In this document: one piece after another, positions 45,297-54,783 of the stretch
Numbering within the stretch: the first letter of the stretch is position 1
Layout: each line of letters opens with the position of its first letter
Source: Puniceicoccaceae bacterium
GTDB taxonomy: Bacteria; Verrucomicrobiota; Verrucomicrobiia; Opitutales; JAFGAQ01
NCBI GenBank assembly: GCA_028285755.1
Contig: JANQOQ010000006.1
Coordinates: forward strand, 966,160-1,030,159
Direction of reading: 5' to 3'
Length of the DNA stretch: 64,000 nucleotides
Made by a program: the position numbers and the translations under genes
The notes under the pieces: generated by a model
What the model saw: only the letters and a program-made list of their open reading frames with translations
The model's database searches: none
Told to the model about the DNA's origin: nothing

Positions 45297-46454
45297 ATGG
45301 CGGTATCACTCTTAGACCTACCCAAACAAAATGAACCGTATTTCGAACAGATGCGAAAAGCCTTCGATGATTTCTTGGTCTCCGGCCAATATGTCATGGG
45401 TTCGAAGGTCACTGGCTTTGAAGAAGAATTTGCAGCATACATCGGAGTAAGCGATGCGATAGCAGTGAGCTCGGGGACAGATGCCCTGCTGCTCGCTCTT
45501 ATGGCCCTCGAAATCGGTCCGGGCGATGAAGTAATCTGCCCTTCATTTACGTTCTTCGCAACTGCGGGTGTGGTACATCGAGTGGGAGCAACGCCTGTTT
45601 TCGCAGATATCGAAGCCGACAGCTTTAATATCGATCCTGATGATATTTCCACAAAAATAACCGAGAAAACCAAAGCCATCATCCCGGTACATCTCTTTGG
45701 TCAATGCGCAGACATGACGCGCATTCATACCATTGCCGAAGCACACAAGCTGCATGTTATTGAGGACAGTGCTCAAGCTATTGGTTCCAAGCATCACGGT
45801 AAAGTAGCTGGGGCTATAGGATCATTTGGCAGCTTTAGCTTTTACCCTACTAAAAACCTTTCAGCCTTCGGGGATGCCGGCCTATTAAGTACAAACGATC
45901 CCGAACTCGCAAAGTTTGCACGCATCCTCAGGATTCACGGAGGGGAGCGTAGATATTATCACTCCTATGTAGGCGGTAACTTCCGCTTCGACCCCATCCA
46001 AGGTGCCCTGTTGAGCCTAAAGTTACCCGGTATCGATTGCTTCAATGAGAAACGCCACATGAATGCCCAAGCCTACTGGAAGCACCTGTCCACCCATGTG
46101 GATATCGCTCTCGCCGGGACGGATGAAGCCAGCGAGGCACGTATTATCCTGCCGAGTATTGAATCAGAAAACAACCACACCTGGCATCAGTTCACTATTC
46201 GAGTAAAAGGCGAAGGCACGCGCGATGCACTTAGCAGTCATCTGCAATCCAAACAAATCGGCCACGGAGTTTATTATCCTTTGGGACTGCACCAACAGGA
46301 GTGTTTTCAATCGCACATCGATGATCGCAGCAAATCCCTCCCGGTGACCGAGAAAACCTGTGAAGAAGTTCTCAGTATACCTATCCATCCGGAACTCGAC
46401 AAAACAGATCTGCAAGAAGTATGTGACGCCATTCTCAGCTTTCTCGACCAATAA
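45297..46454 (+). CDS. DegT/DnrJ/EryC1/StrS-family PLP-dependent sugar aminotransferase (FlmB/PseC-like)
   Basis: 'FEEEFAAYIGVSDAIAVSSGTDAL', 'VIPVHLFGQ' and 'SFYPTKNL' (the PLP Lys). I use the ATG at 45297; the track start at 45231 is TTG inside the terminator. Confidence 0.9.
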   Translation: MAVSLLDLPKQNEPYFEQMRKAFDDFLVSGQYVMGSKVTGFEEEFAAYIGVSDAIAVSSGTDALLLALMALEIGPGDEVICPSFTFFATAGVVHRVGATPVFADIEADSFNIDPDDISTKITEKTKAIIPVHLFGQCADMTRIHTIAEAHKLHVIEDSAQAIGSKHHGKVAGAIGSFGSFSFYPTKNLSAFGDAGLLSTNDPELAKFARILRIHGGERRYYHSYVGGNFRFDPIQGALLSLKLPGIDCFNEKRHMNAQAYWKHLSTHVDIALAGTDEASEARIILPSIESENNHTWHQFTIRVKGEGTRDALSSHLQSKQIGHGVYYPLGLHQQECFQSHIDDRSKSLPVTEKTCEEVLSIPIHPELDKTDLQEVCDAILSFLDQ

Positions 46455-46460
46455 TCACTC

Positions 46461-48119
46461 ATGCTCCAGTATCTAAAAATATCAGACCTCGCCTTGCTTG
46501 ATGAGCTGACACTGGAATTTGATGACGGCTTCACCACCATAACCGGTGAAACCGGTGCAGGGAAAAGCATCTTGCTCGGGGCCCTATTCATGCTCTCGGG
46601 AGCAAGACTGGACCGCAGCATCATCCGGCATGGGCAGGAGCAAACCAAAGTGGAAGCGGTCATCGCGCTCAATAATACGGATAAGATCAATGAAAAACTA
46701 CGCGAGATTGAGCTCCCGGAATGTGAAGATGGCGCACTCATCCTCTCCCGTACCTTACACGTGAGCAAAGCCCCGAAGATCCAGATCAACGGCAGCCTTT
46801 CTACCCTTAATAACCTAAGCGCACTGGGCGAATTCTGGATCGATTTTCACGGGCCCGGTGAACCCCAAAAACTCTTTAAGGAAAAGTATCAGCTCGAAAT
46901 CCTCGATCTATATTCCAATTCCGCACAATCCCTCGCCACTTATCAGGAAACCTATCAAAAATGGCGGCAATCCATACAGGCCCTCGAATCTTTAAAAAAC
47001 GAAAAACAGCTCACCCCGGACGAAATCCACTACCTGCAAAGCCAGATCGCGCAGATCGATGAGCTGGACGTCAATGAGGAAACGATTCGCACCCTTGAAG
47101 CAGATTTTCAGCGGCTCTCCAGTATCGAGGAACTGACTCAACATCTCACGCAGCTCAACCATTCACTCTATGAAGATGCAGGAGCTTCCGAAAAGCTCGC
47201 TACTGCTCTGCAGGCAATGTCCGCCATCTCAGAGATCGACACTGCAACGACAGATCTTCATAAGCGCATGGAATCCCTCGCGATCGAACTTGATGATTTA
47301 TCGAGCGAAATTCAGGACCTCAGCAGCCGCATGGATTTGGATGAAGTCGCGATCGAGAACATAAAGTCACGTATGGATAGCTGGATGGACCTCAAGCGCA
47401 AACATGGTAAAGAGCCCCGGGCGATCCTGGATGCACGCGAATCCATGCACAATAAGCTCAATACACACTCGAACATTCAGGAGAGCCTAGAAAAGCTGCA
47501 AATGGAGATCGATACCCTTGCAAATACACTAAAGGCACAAGGTAATGAGCTCAAAGTAACGCGGGAATCGGGCGCTCAGGCTTTAGCAGAGAAAGTCTCG
47601 GAGAAACTGCTCAAACTCGGTTTTGCCAAGGCCCAGTTCGTAATCGAGTTGATTGACGAAGATACCCCCAAAGCCTATGGGACCACAAGATGCCAGATAC
47701 GCTTTGCGCCGAATGCTGGCCAACCCTTGATGCCGCTCAATAAAATTGCATCCAGCGGTGAAACCGCGAGGGTAATGCTGGCACTTAAGGCCGTGCTTGC
47801 CTCTTTTGACGAGACACCCGTGCTCGTGTTCGATGAGGTGGATGCAAACGTAGGGGGCGAAATCGGCGCATCCGTAGGTGCGGAAATGGCCCAAATCGCA
47901 AAAGAACATCAGATTTTTTGCGTTACTCACCTTCCCCAGGTGGCAGCCCAGGCAAATCAGCATTATGTAGTCCAGAAAAACCAGGATGACCAATCCACCA
48001 CCGTCTCCATCAATCGCCTGGACACTTCAACCAATGCTCGCATCGAAGAATTGGCGAGAATGCTCGGCGATCGCAGCAGCGAATCCGCCCTGAGCCATGC
48101 CCGAAGCCTGCTGCGATAA
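46461..48119 (+). CDS. recN: DNA repair protein RecN
   Basis: 'ITGETGAGKSIL' Walker A, a long coiled coil, the signature 'ASSGETARVMLALK', and Walker B 'VLVFDEVD'. Confidence 0.95.
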   Translation: MLQYLKISDLALLDELTLEFDDGFTTITGETGAGKSILLGALFMLSGARLDRSIIRHGQEQTKVEAVIALNNTDKINEKLREIELPECEDGALILSRTLHVSKAPKIQINGSLSTLNNLSALGEFWIDFHGPGEPQKLFKEKYQLEILDLYSNSAQSLATYQETYQKWRQSIQALESLKNEKQLTPDEIHYLQSQIAQIDELDVNEETIRTLEADFQRLSSIEELTQHLTQLNHSLYEDAGASEKLATALQAMSAISEIDTATTDLHKRMESLAIELDDLSSEIQDLSSRMDLDEVAIENIKSRMDSWMDLKRKHGKEPRAILDARESMHNKLNTHSNIQESLEKLQMEIDTLANTLKAQGNELKVTRESGAQALAEKVSEKLLKLGFAKAQFVIELIDEDTPKAYGTTRCQIRFAPNAGQPLMPLNKIASSGETARVMLALKAVLASFDETPVLVFDEVDANVGGEIGASVGAEMAQIAKEHQIFCVTHLPQVAAQANQHYVVQKNQDDQSTTVSINRLDTSTNARIEELARMLGDRSSESALSHARSLLR

Positions 48120-48164
48120 AAATAAAATTGATTTTGGTACTCCGAAAAGATAACCATCAACATT

Positions 48165-48341
48165 ATGGAAAATAAATCGCCACAGGTAAATACAGCACCC
48201 TTCTTTATATTGATCGGCCTCAACTTCATCTTCTTCGGCTTGGTGGTTTGCTACATGGTCTTTTTTGGTATGCATAAATATATAAACCAAAACTTCGATT
48301 TTGGAGGCCACGGTGACGAAGCCGCTGAGGTAGCGCACTAA
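48165..48341 (+). CDS. Small membrane protein (58 aa, below ORF-track cutoff)
   Basis: My translation gives MENKSPQVNTAPFFILIGLNFIFFGLVVCYMVFFGMHKYINQNFDFGGHGDEAAEVAH: one clear TM helix and an acidic tail. It fills the recN-obg gap on the same strand. Confidence 0.45.
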   Translation: MENKSPQVNTAPFFILIGLNFIFFGLVVCYMVFFGMHKYINQNFDFGGHGDEAAEVAH

Positions 48342-48413
48342 AGCGATACACTTCCATTCAATATTTTCGACTTATCAGTCATTGAATCGATCGACTGAAG
48401 TTAAGCGGTATTC

Positions 48414-49421
48414 ATGTTTTACGATGAACTAAAAATAACCCTCAGTGCAGGCAAAGGGGGAGATGGGTGTATGAGCTTCAGGCGCGAAAAATACATCCCA
48501 TTCGGAGGTCCGGACGGCGGCAATGGTGGACGCGGAGGCAGTGTTTTCTTGATCTGCGATGAAAACGTCGGTGACCTGAGGCAATTTCACTTTTCACCCA
48601 TCTGGAAAGCCGATAATGGCAAAGCAGGACAAGGCCGCAATAAGCATGGCAAAAGCGGGAAGGACCTCGAACTCAAATTCCCCCCGGGTTCCATCTTCAC
48701 AAACGAGGAAACCGGCGAAAAACTGGCCGAACTCACTAAACACGGCCAGCGTATCCAACTACTGAAAGGCGGAGACGGCGGTGTAGGCAATACCACCTTC
48801 AAATCTTCCACCAATCAGGCCCCCCGCCAGTTCACACGCGGCAAACCCGGTGAAGATGCAGTCGTTCACATCGAAGTGAAGACCATCGCAGATATCGGGC
48901 TCGTCGGTTATCCCAATGCGGGAAAGTCCACACTCATCGGCATCCTTACGAATGCGCACCCCCGCACTGCTCCCTACCCTTTTACAACCAAGCAACCCTC
49001 TGTCGGTTTTCTGAATGATGAAGCCAATTTTCGTCGCCTGCGCATTGCGGATATTCCGGGATTGATCGAGGGCGCCCATGAGAACCGCGGCCTCGGACAC
49101 CAGTTCCTGCGCCACATCGAACGTTGCCGCCTCTTGGTTATTCTCATCGATATCGCTGGCGTCGATGAGCGCAACCCATTCGATGATTACCTGCAGCTGA
49201 TCAAAGAAATGGAGCTCTACTCCGAAACGCTTGCAAAAAAGCCCTACATCGTAGCGCTCAACAAAACCGACTTACTCGAAGACCGCTCGGCCATCGAAAC
49301 CTTTAATAAATCACTCGGCAAAGAATCGCTGGAAATCTCCTGCCTCACCCAAGAAGGCATACCCGAGTTGATTGATCGCCTCTTTGCCGAGCTGACCAAG
49401 TTAGCCGATGAGGAATTGTAA
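48414..49421 (+). CDS. obg: GTPase Obg/CgtA
   Basis: Glycine-rich Obg fold 'GKGGDGCMSFRREKYIPFGGPDGGNGGRGG'. G domain 'GYPNAGKST' and 'DIPGLIEGA'. Confidence 0.95.
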   Translation: MFYDELKITLSAGKGGDGCMSFRREKYIPFGGPDGGNGGRGGSVFLICDENVGDLRQFHFSPIWKADNGKAGQGRNKHGKSGKDLELKFPPGSIFTNEETGEKLAELTKHGQRIQLLKGGDGGVGNTTFKSSTNQAPRQFTRGKPGEDAVVHIEVKTIADIGLVGYPNAGKSTLIGILTNAHPRTAPYPFTTKQPSVGFLNDEANFRRLRIADIPGLIEGAHENRGLGHQFLRHIERCRLLVILIDIAGVDERNPFDDYLQLIKEMELYSETLAKKPYIVALNKTDLLEDRSAIETFNKSLGKESLEISCLTQEGIPELIDRLFAELTKLADEEL

Positions 49422-49489
49422 ACTTTTTTTGAATCTCTGACCGAATTAAGGAGTGCAATTATGCTGTTACGATTATATTTATAATCAGT

Positions 49490-51910
49490 ATGAACCCTGC
49501 TAATTCCTCACGCATTGAAGCGCTACTTCGCTTATTTCTAATCATTTACGGCATTACCGTTGTCGTTACATTTTTCCTGATCGACAAGGAATCCGAATCC
49601 GTAGGCAGAGCGGTATATTTAACCGGCGACCGCCTGGATATCCATTATTGGAGCAGCCTGGTTTTTGGCGTAACCTCAATAATCCTGGGTGGTTTTTACA
49701 ACTATATAAAAGCGATTGTCTTAAAGCTCTTTGATCAGCTCAGTGTAGACTGCGAAAGCCAGAACAACGCAAAAATCAAATTGCTGCTAATTAGCGCAAT
49801 CAGCCTGTTCCTGGAGATCATGGTGATTCGCTGGATGGCAGTTGAGGTCAGAATATTCGCCTATTTCAAGAACATAGTGCTGCTGATCTGTTTTCTGGGT
49901 CTGGGCTACGGGATGTTACTCAAACCGGCAAAGAAACTCAGCCTGGTTCCGTCACTGATGATCCTGTTCATGCTGGTTTTATTGGCCAAAACTTCATTTG
50001 TCTTTCCCGGCCTGTCCATCGAAAACATTTCATATAGTATTGGCTTTCGTTGGACCGAGGATGCGCTTTACCGAAGATCTTTTGGGGCTGTTGGAGGGGT
50101 GATTGGTCAACTCATCAGTTTTGGGCTGGTAGCCATCATGCTATTCATGCTGTTCAGGATATTTGTACCATTGGGTCAAATTACTGGTGCGCTATTCGGC
50201 CTGAACAAACCGATCACTTCTTACACACTTAATATCTCAGGGGCGATTATAGGTATCTTGAGTTTTGGGGTGCTCAGTTACTTTAGCCTCCCTCCCATCG
50301 TTTGGTTTGTTTGTGGGCTAACAGCAATCGTGTTTGTTGTCCGACCTTCGGTATTCAGCTACACATTTTTAGCATCTTTGATTATTCTCTTTTCGCTCTT
50401 TCTGAGAGATGGCCTCTATGAACACAAAAACTCTGAAACCTTTTGGTCACCCTATCACAAAATAACGGCGATCCCCCTTTATTTATCGGAATCTGAAAAA
50501 CCCAAAAAAGTAGGCTACGATATTTTCATTAATAACGCAGGGTTCCAGCGTCCGGTTAACTACACGAATGCATTTCTCAATGATATCAGCATCGTGGATC
50601 AGGAAAAAATCCCCCTTTCCAGATACAATATCATATATCAGCTCAAGCCAGCCCCCAAAGATGTATTAATTATCGGTGCCGGCTCGGGTAATGACGTAGC
50701 CGCAGCCCTCAGGGGCGGCGCACAATCAGTGGTAGCCGTAGAGATCGATCCGGGCATCGTAGAAATCGGCAAAAACAAGCATCCCGAACAACCCTACAGC
50801 GATCCAAGAGTAACCGTCATCATCGATGATGCGCGTGCCTATTTAAATAGGAGTAATCAAAAATTTGATCTCATCGTATTCGCAACGCTGGATTCGCATA
50901 CCCTTGCCTCCGGCTACACAAACGTTCAGCTGGACCACTACATTTACACACAGGAAAGCTTCAACAGCGCGCGAAACCTACTCAAAGATGACGGTGTTTT
51001 TTACATGCCCTTTGACAGTATGTCCGACTGGATGATCAGCCGATTCTACAGCATGCTGCAAACTGTTTTTGAGGAAAGCCCGATCGTCTTTTATTCTCCG
51101 GAGGGCGTTCCCTGGCAGTGGTCCAAGTGGGTATTTATTGCGGGTGATAACTCAACTATACTTGAAACAGCAGCACAAGATGAACGCCTGAGCCCAATCA
51201 TCAATAACTCTACAAGCGCGGTATTAGAACTTATCCAGCAGGACGCCACATCTCCCTTACATGTTAGCACGCTCACCTCGGATGACTGGCCCTACGTTTA
51301 TCTAAAGACCCGATCGATCCCACCCCTCTACCTGGCGATGACCGCATTTGTGCTGGTTGCACTTCTGGCCGCATTCAGGAAGCGAATCCAGGTCAAAGGG
51401 GCATTCGAATATCACTTTTTCTTCCTGGGGGTCGGTTTTCTGCTTTTGGAATTCCAGGCATTAAGTCGCCTGAGCCGGATTTTCGGTAGCACATGGATCG
51501 TATCCTCGGTGGTCATACTGGGAGTATTAGTCATGATACTGATTGCCAACCTGCTCATCGCAAAATACAATATTCGCTTTAGAAAAATCTATTATCTCGG
51601 TCTCATGCTCGCATTATTACTCAGCTACTTTATTGCGAGCATACCGGCGGGTGTATTTCCGACTGCGGCTTATGCACCTATAATGACGCTCATTACAGTG
51701 CTACCGGTCTTCTTTGCAGCACTCATATTCGGCAGCACATTCAAGGAGGTGAACAATCAGGGCTTTGCGCTGGGCTCTAATCTCATCGGCTCGGTAGTGG
51801 GAGGCCTTCTGGAGAGCGCCTCCTTCATAATCGGCATCAACGCAGTGGTATTGCTGGCGATGTTGATCTACTTTTTCGCCTACCTTTGCAAAAACCGATT
51901 GAGCGGGTAA
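49490..51910 (+). CDS. Fused polytopic membrane / spermidine-synthase-like (class I MTase fold) protein
   Basis: 806 aa. Multi-TM blocks at both ends flank 'VLIIGAGSGNDVAAAL...VVAVEIDPGIVEIGK...DLIVFATLDS', an aminopropyl/methyltransferase fold. Confidence 0.75.
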   Translation: MNPANSSRIEALLRLFLIIYGITVVVTFFLIDKESESVGRAVYLTGDRLDIHYWSSLVFGVTSIILGGFYNYIKAIVLKLFDQLSVDCESQNNAKIKLLLISAISLFLEIMVIRWMAVEVRIFAYFKNIVLLICFLGLGYGMLLKPAKKLSLVPSLMILFMLVLLAKTSFVFPGLSIENISYSIGFRWTEDALYRRSFGAVGGVIGQLISFGLVAIMLFMLFRIFVPLGQITGALFGLNKPITSYTLNISGAIIGILSFGVLSYFSLPPIVWFVCGLTAIVFVVRPSVFSYTFLASLIILFSLFLRDGLYEHKNSETFWSPYHKITAIPLYLSESEKPKKVGYDIFINNAGFQRPVNYTNAFLNDISIVDQEKIPLSRYNIIYQLKPAPKDVLIIGAGSGNDVAAALRGGAQSVVAVEIDPGIVEIGKNKHPEQPYSDPRVTVIIDDARAYLNRSNQKFDLIVFATLDSHTLASGYTNVQLDHYIYTQESFNSARNLLKDDGVFYMPFDSMSDWMISRFYSMLQTVFEESPIVFYSPEGVPWQWSKWVFIAGDNSTILETAAQDERLSPIINNSTSAVLELIQQDATSPLHVSTLTSDDWPYVYLKTRSIPPLYLAMTAFVLVALLAAFRKRIQVKGAFEYHFFFLGVGFLLLEFQALSRLSRIFGSTWIVSSVVILGVLVMILIANLLIAKYNIRFRKIYYLGLMLALLLSYFIASIPAGVFPTAAYAPIMTLITVLPVFFAALIFGSTFKEVNNQGFALGSNLIGSVVGGLLESASFIIGINAVVLLAMLIYFFAYLCKNRLSG

Positions 51911-51926
51911 GTAAACTCAGGGATTA

Positions 51927-52922
51927 TCAGGCCAATATATCTGGCATTACCTGAATAATCGCGCCGTGTATAGATGCCGGAGCGGCGACTATCCCTAGAT
52001 TTTTTTCAAGCTGCTCACCCAGTGAGAAATCGAGAGGTTTGCCATACACATCGGTAGCTAAACCTCCCGCTTCGCGATGGATAATCCATCCCGCCGCATG
52101 ATCCCAAATCTTCTCGCGATAGGTCTCTGATGTGGGTAAGCGCAAATAAATGGAGGCTTCGCCGGACGAGACTGCCGCATACTTACACTGGCTGTCTATG
52201 CGCAGCGGTTCGCTGGTTACCCCCAAAGCATCTGCAATCTTCTGGGACCGCCCATGCGAAGAGTGTCCACTCTCCACTGATTCACAGAAACGTGCTTCAC
52301 CGGCATTGGCCACTTCCTGGACGTGAATAGTCTCTGCTTCACCACCATCCAAAGTCATTTTGTAGGCGCCTTCACCGTCTACCGCGTAAAATAACAAGCC
52401 ATCATCCTTATTTTCAGAATCGCTAAACCCATTCACTGGATAATTCGGACAGCCCAACACCCCAAGCACCGGTATTCCATCCTCTATTAACGCCAAAGCA
52501 ACCGCATATTGCCCATTCCTTAAAAAACCTTTCGTCCCGTCAATCGGGTCTATCGTCCAGAATCGGCCCTTGGCACCTCCACTGTAATTTCCAAGTGCCA
52601 CCCAACTGCTGATCGCCTGCCAATCAGCATCCGGTAATAAGTCCTGAATAAACCCAACCATCGAATCTCCAAGCGCACTTCCACGGATCGCTTCCAGTTG
52701 CTCCAGATCTTCCTCCGCGACGATGGGATCATTCGGAAATGCGGTTTCCAGATGCTGAATAATGACCGCCTGCGAAGCAAAATCCGCTATAGTCACCGGA
52801 GATTTATCTTTCTTCGAAATGGCATCTTCACTGAGTTGGGACTGCCGTATGCGATGACAAACCGAAGATGCACTTTTGACAGCCTCTAGGGCCACTTTTA
52901 ATTCCTGAGCGTATTTTGACAT
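51927..52922 (-). CDS. cysQ: 3'(2'),5'-bisphosphate nucleotidase (HAL2/CysQ, inositol monophosphatase superfamily)
   Basis: 'PVTIADFASQ', 'IVAEED' and 'FWTIDPIDGTKGFL' motifs. I prefer the start at 52922 (MSKYAQEL). Confidence 0.8.
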   Translation of the reverse strand: MSKYAQELKVALEAVKSASSVCHRIRQSQLSEDAISKKDKSPVTIADFASQAVIIQHLETAFPNDPIVAEEDLEQLEAIRGSALGDSMVGFIQDLLPDADWQAISSWVALGNYSGGAKGRFWTIDPIDGTKGFLRNGQYAVALALIEDGIPVLGVLGCPNYPVNGFSDSENKDDGLLFYAVDGEGAYKMTLDGGEAETIHVQEVANAGEARFCESVESGHSSHGRSQKIADALGVTSEPLRIDSQCKYAAVSSGEASIYLRLPTSETYREKIWDHAAGWIIHREAGGLATDVYGKPLDFSLGEQLEKNLGIVAAPASIHGAIIQVMPDILA

Positions 52923-53003
52923 GGTTTCGCACTTAACCAATAGCCCAGAATCTCTAAAAACAAGCATTTACATCTCACTTGCGATATACACTATCCAGAA
53001 TTT

Positions 53004-53843
53004 GTGTTTAAAACCATACATCCCCGACTCTTTGCCTTTGATATCGAATGGATACCCGATCCGGACGCCGCCAAGGCATTATGGGGTATTGATGTGAGCA
53101 CGGTTCAAGGCATGGAGGCCGCTTACCAAAAACTCTGGGAATACAGTGGCGCCACCGAAGAAAAGCCTCAACCCTTTGTGAAGCTCACGCTCAGCCGGAT
53201 CGTTTCCATTTGTGGAATTTACCGCGAGCTGGACAGCTCAGGCAGTCCCCACTTAAAACTAGTTTCCATACCGTCGAATATCCAGAATACCGAGAGTTGT
53301 GGAGAAGCTGAGATCCTTAAGCCCTTCCTGAAATCACTCGCTGACAGGCGCCCCCAGCTGGTCGGATTCAATTCCCTGCGGTCGGATTTACCCATCGTGG
53401 TAAATCGGTCAATCGCACATGGCCTAACCAGCCATGGTTGGGCCATGAAACCCGATAAGCCCTGGGAAGGCAGCGACTATTTTAGCGCTTTCAGCGATTA
53501 CCACCTGGACCTCGCTACCTTTCTCGGCACCGGCATCCAGATTCCTCGCCTGCACGAGATAGCAATGATCAGCGGTATACCGGGCAAAATTGATATTTCA
53601 GGCGAATCCGTTGCAGAAATGTGGCTTGCAGGGAATCTCCAGGAAATCGTGAATTATAACGAGTACGATGCCTTTACCACTTACCTATTGTGGGCGCGCA
53701 TCGCTCACTTTACGGGTCACTTGAGTCCAGAACAGTATGACGATGAACAACTTCTGGTAGAACAACTCCTGGACCAAGAGATTGAAAAAGGAAAAAAGCA
53801 TCTCGATAAATATAAAACAACGTGGCTGGCCATGCGGAATTAG
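53004..53843 (+). CDS. Predicted 3'-5' exonuclease related to the PolB exonuclease domain (DEDD)
   Basis: Exo I 'FAFDIEWIPD', 'LVGFNSLRSDLPIV' (Exo II-like) and 'YNEYDAFTTYLLW' (Exo III-like). GTG start. Confidence 0.65.
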   Translation: MFKTIHPRLFAFDIEWIPDPDAAKALWGIDVSTVQGMEAAYQKLWEYSGATEEKPQPFVKLTLSRIVSICGIYRELDSSGSPHLKLVSIPSNIQNTESCGEAEILKPFLKSLADRRPQLVGFNSLRSDLPIVVNRSIAHGLTSHGWAMKPDKPWEGSDYFSAFSDYHLDLATFLGTGIQIPRLHEIAMISGIPGKIDISGESVAEMWLAGNLQEIVNYNEYDAFTTYLLWARIAHFTGHLSPEQYDDEQLLVEQLLDQEIEKGKKHLDKYKTTWLAMRN

Positions 53844-53941
53844 AATTCACTTTCAGGGTTGATATTTGTTAAGATTTATTACTTACTCTCAGTGCTTTTT
53901 CTGATTAGTAACATTATTTTATAATTCTTTTTCGCATTATT

Positions 53942-54169
53942 ATGAATCCCGTGATTCGTGTTTTTGTGCTATTTGCACTCGTATGCTTTAGTCCGATGTG
54001 GGCTTCTGCAGAGGAGCTCGCGGTCAATACCAGTGACTCTTCACCCCTCACCATCTTTGGCATCATTTTTTTCGGACTGTTTGTGCTGTTTAGCTTCGTA
54101 AACCGCATTATTGCAGCACGCCGTAAATCAGAGTCCCTGGTCAATCACACTCTGAAACACAGCAACTAG
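53942..54169 (+). CDS. Small secreted/membrane-anchored protein
   Basis: 75 aa. Signal peptide 'VFVLFALVCFSPMWASA' plus one TM ('IFGIIFFGLFVLFSFV') and a basic tail. Confidence 0.5.
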   Translation: MNPVIRVFVLFALVCFSPMWASAEELAVNTSDSSPLTIFGIIFFGLFVLFSFVNRIIAARRKSESLVNHTLKHSN

Positions 54170-54211
54170 GCTATCGGGTAAAAAGTTGCGTTTTCGTTTA
54201 TTTGCTGCAGT

Positions 54212-54781
54212 ATGCCCCCTATGAAGCAGCAAGTAAAGTTGATAGCCGACTGCCCAGCCACAATCATCCCCGCTGGAGACAGCAGTATCTTACCCACCGG
54301 AGCTACCTATGAAGTAGTGCAATCCCTGGGCGGGAGCCTCACTGTGAGCCACAACGGCATCCTTTACCGGATCGACACTGCAGACCTCAAGTGCCTCTCC
54401 CCAGAGGATCTTGAGCAACTGGAACTCTCCACAGAATCCAATTTCAAAACAGAAGCCGGACAGGAATTCTCAGAACAGGACCTTTGGGATGCCCTGAAAA
54501 CCTGTTATGATCCTGAAATCCCCATTAATATCGTGGACCTCGGCCTGATCTACGATCTTAAGTATTCGCAGCGCAGTGATAACTCACTGTATGACGTGCG
54601 CGTGCAAATGACTCTTACCGCGCAAGGTTGCGGCATGGGCCCGGTCATTGCTGACGATGCCAAGCGCAAACTTGAGACTCACCCCGGCGTAAGCTCCGCC
54701 CAGGTCAATATCGTCTGGGATCCCCCCTGGACTCCTCACATGATCTCTCCCGAAGGCCGCGAAAAGCTAGGCATCGAGTAA
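54212..54781 (+). CDS. sufT: SufT-like Fe-S cluster assembly protein (DUF59/MIP18 domain)
   Basis: The C-terminal domain 'LWDALKTCYDPEIPINIVDLGLIYDL...MTLTAQGCGMG' is the DUF59 signature. The N-terminal ~85-aa extension is as seen in SufT. Confidence 0.75.
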   Translation: MPPMKQQVKLIADCPATIIPAGDSSILPTGATYEVVQSLGGSLTVSHNGILYRIDTADLKCLSPEDLEQLELSTESNFKTEAGQEFSEQDLWDALKTCYDPEIPINIVDLGLIYDLKYSQRSDNSLYDVRVQMTLTAQGCGMGPVIADDAKRKLETHPGVSSAQVNIVWDPPWTPHMISPEGREKLGIE

Positions 54782-54783
54782 GC

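Noticed and set aside
48027-48338. 103-aa minus-strand ORF between recN and obg
   Set aside because: It overlaps the recN 3' end by about 90 nt, and its hydrophobic stretch is the antisense image of the plus-strand 58-aa TM ORF. The plus-strand reading fits the local gene orientation better.
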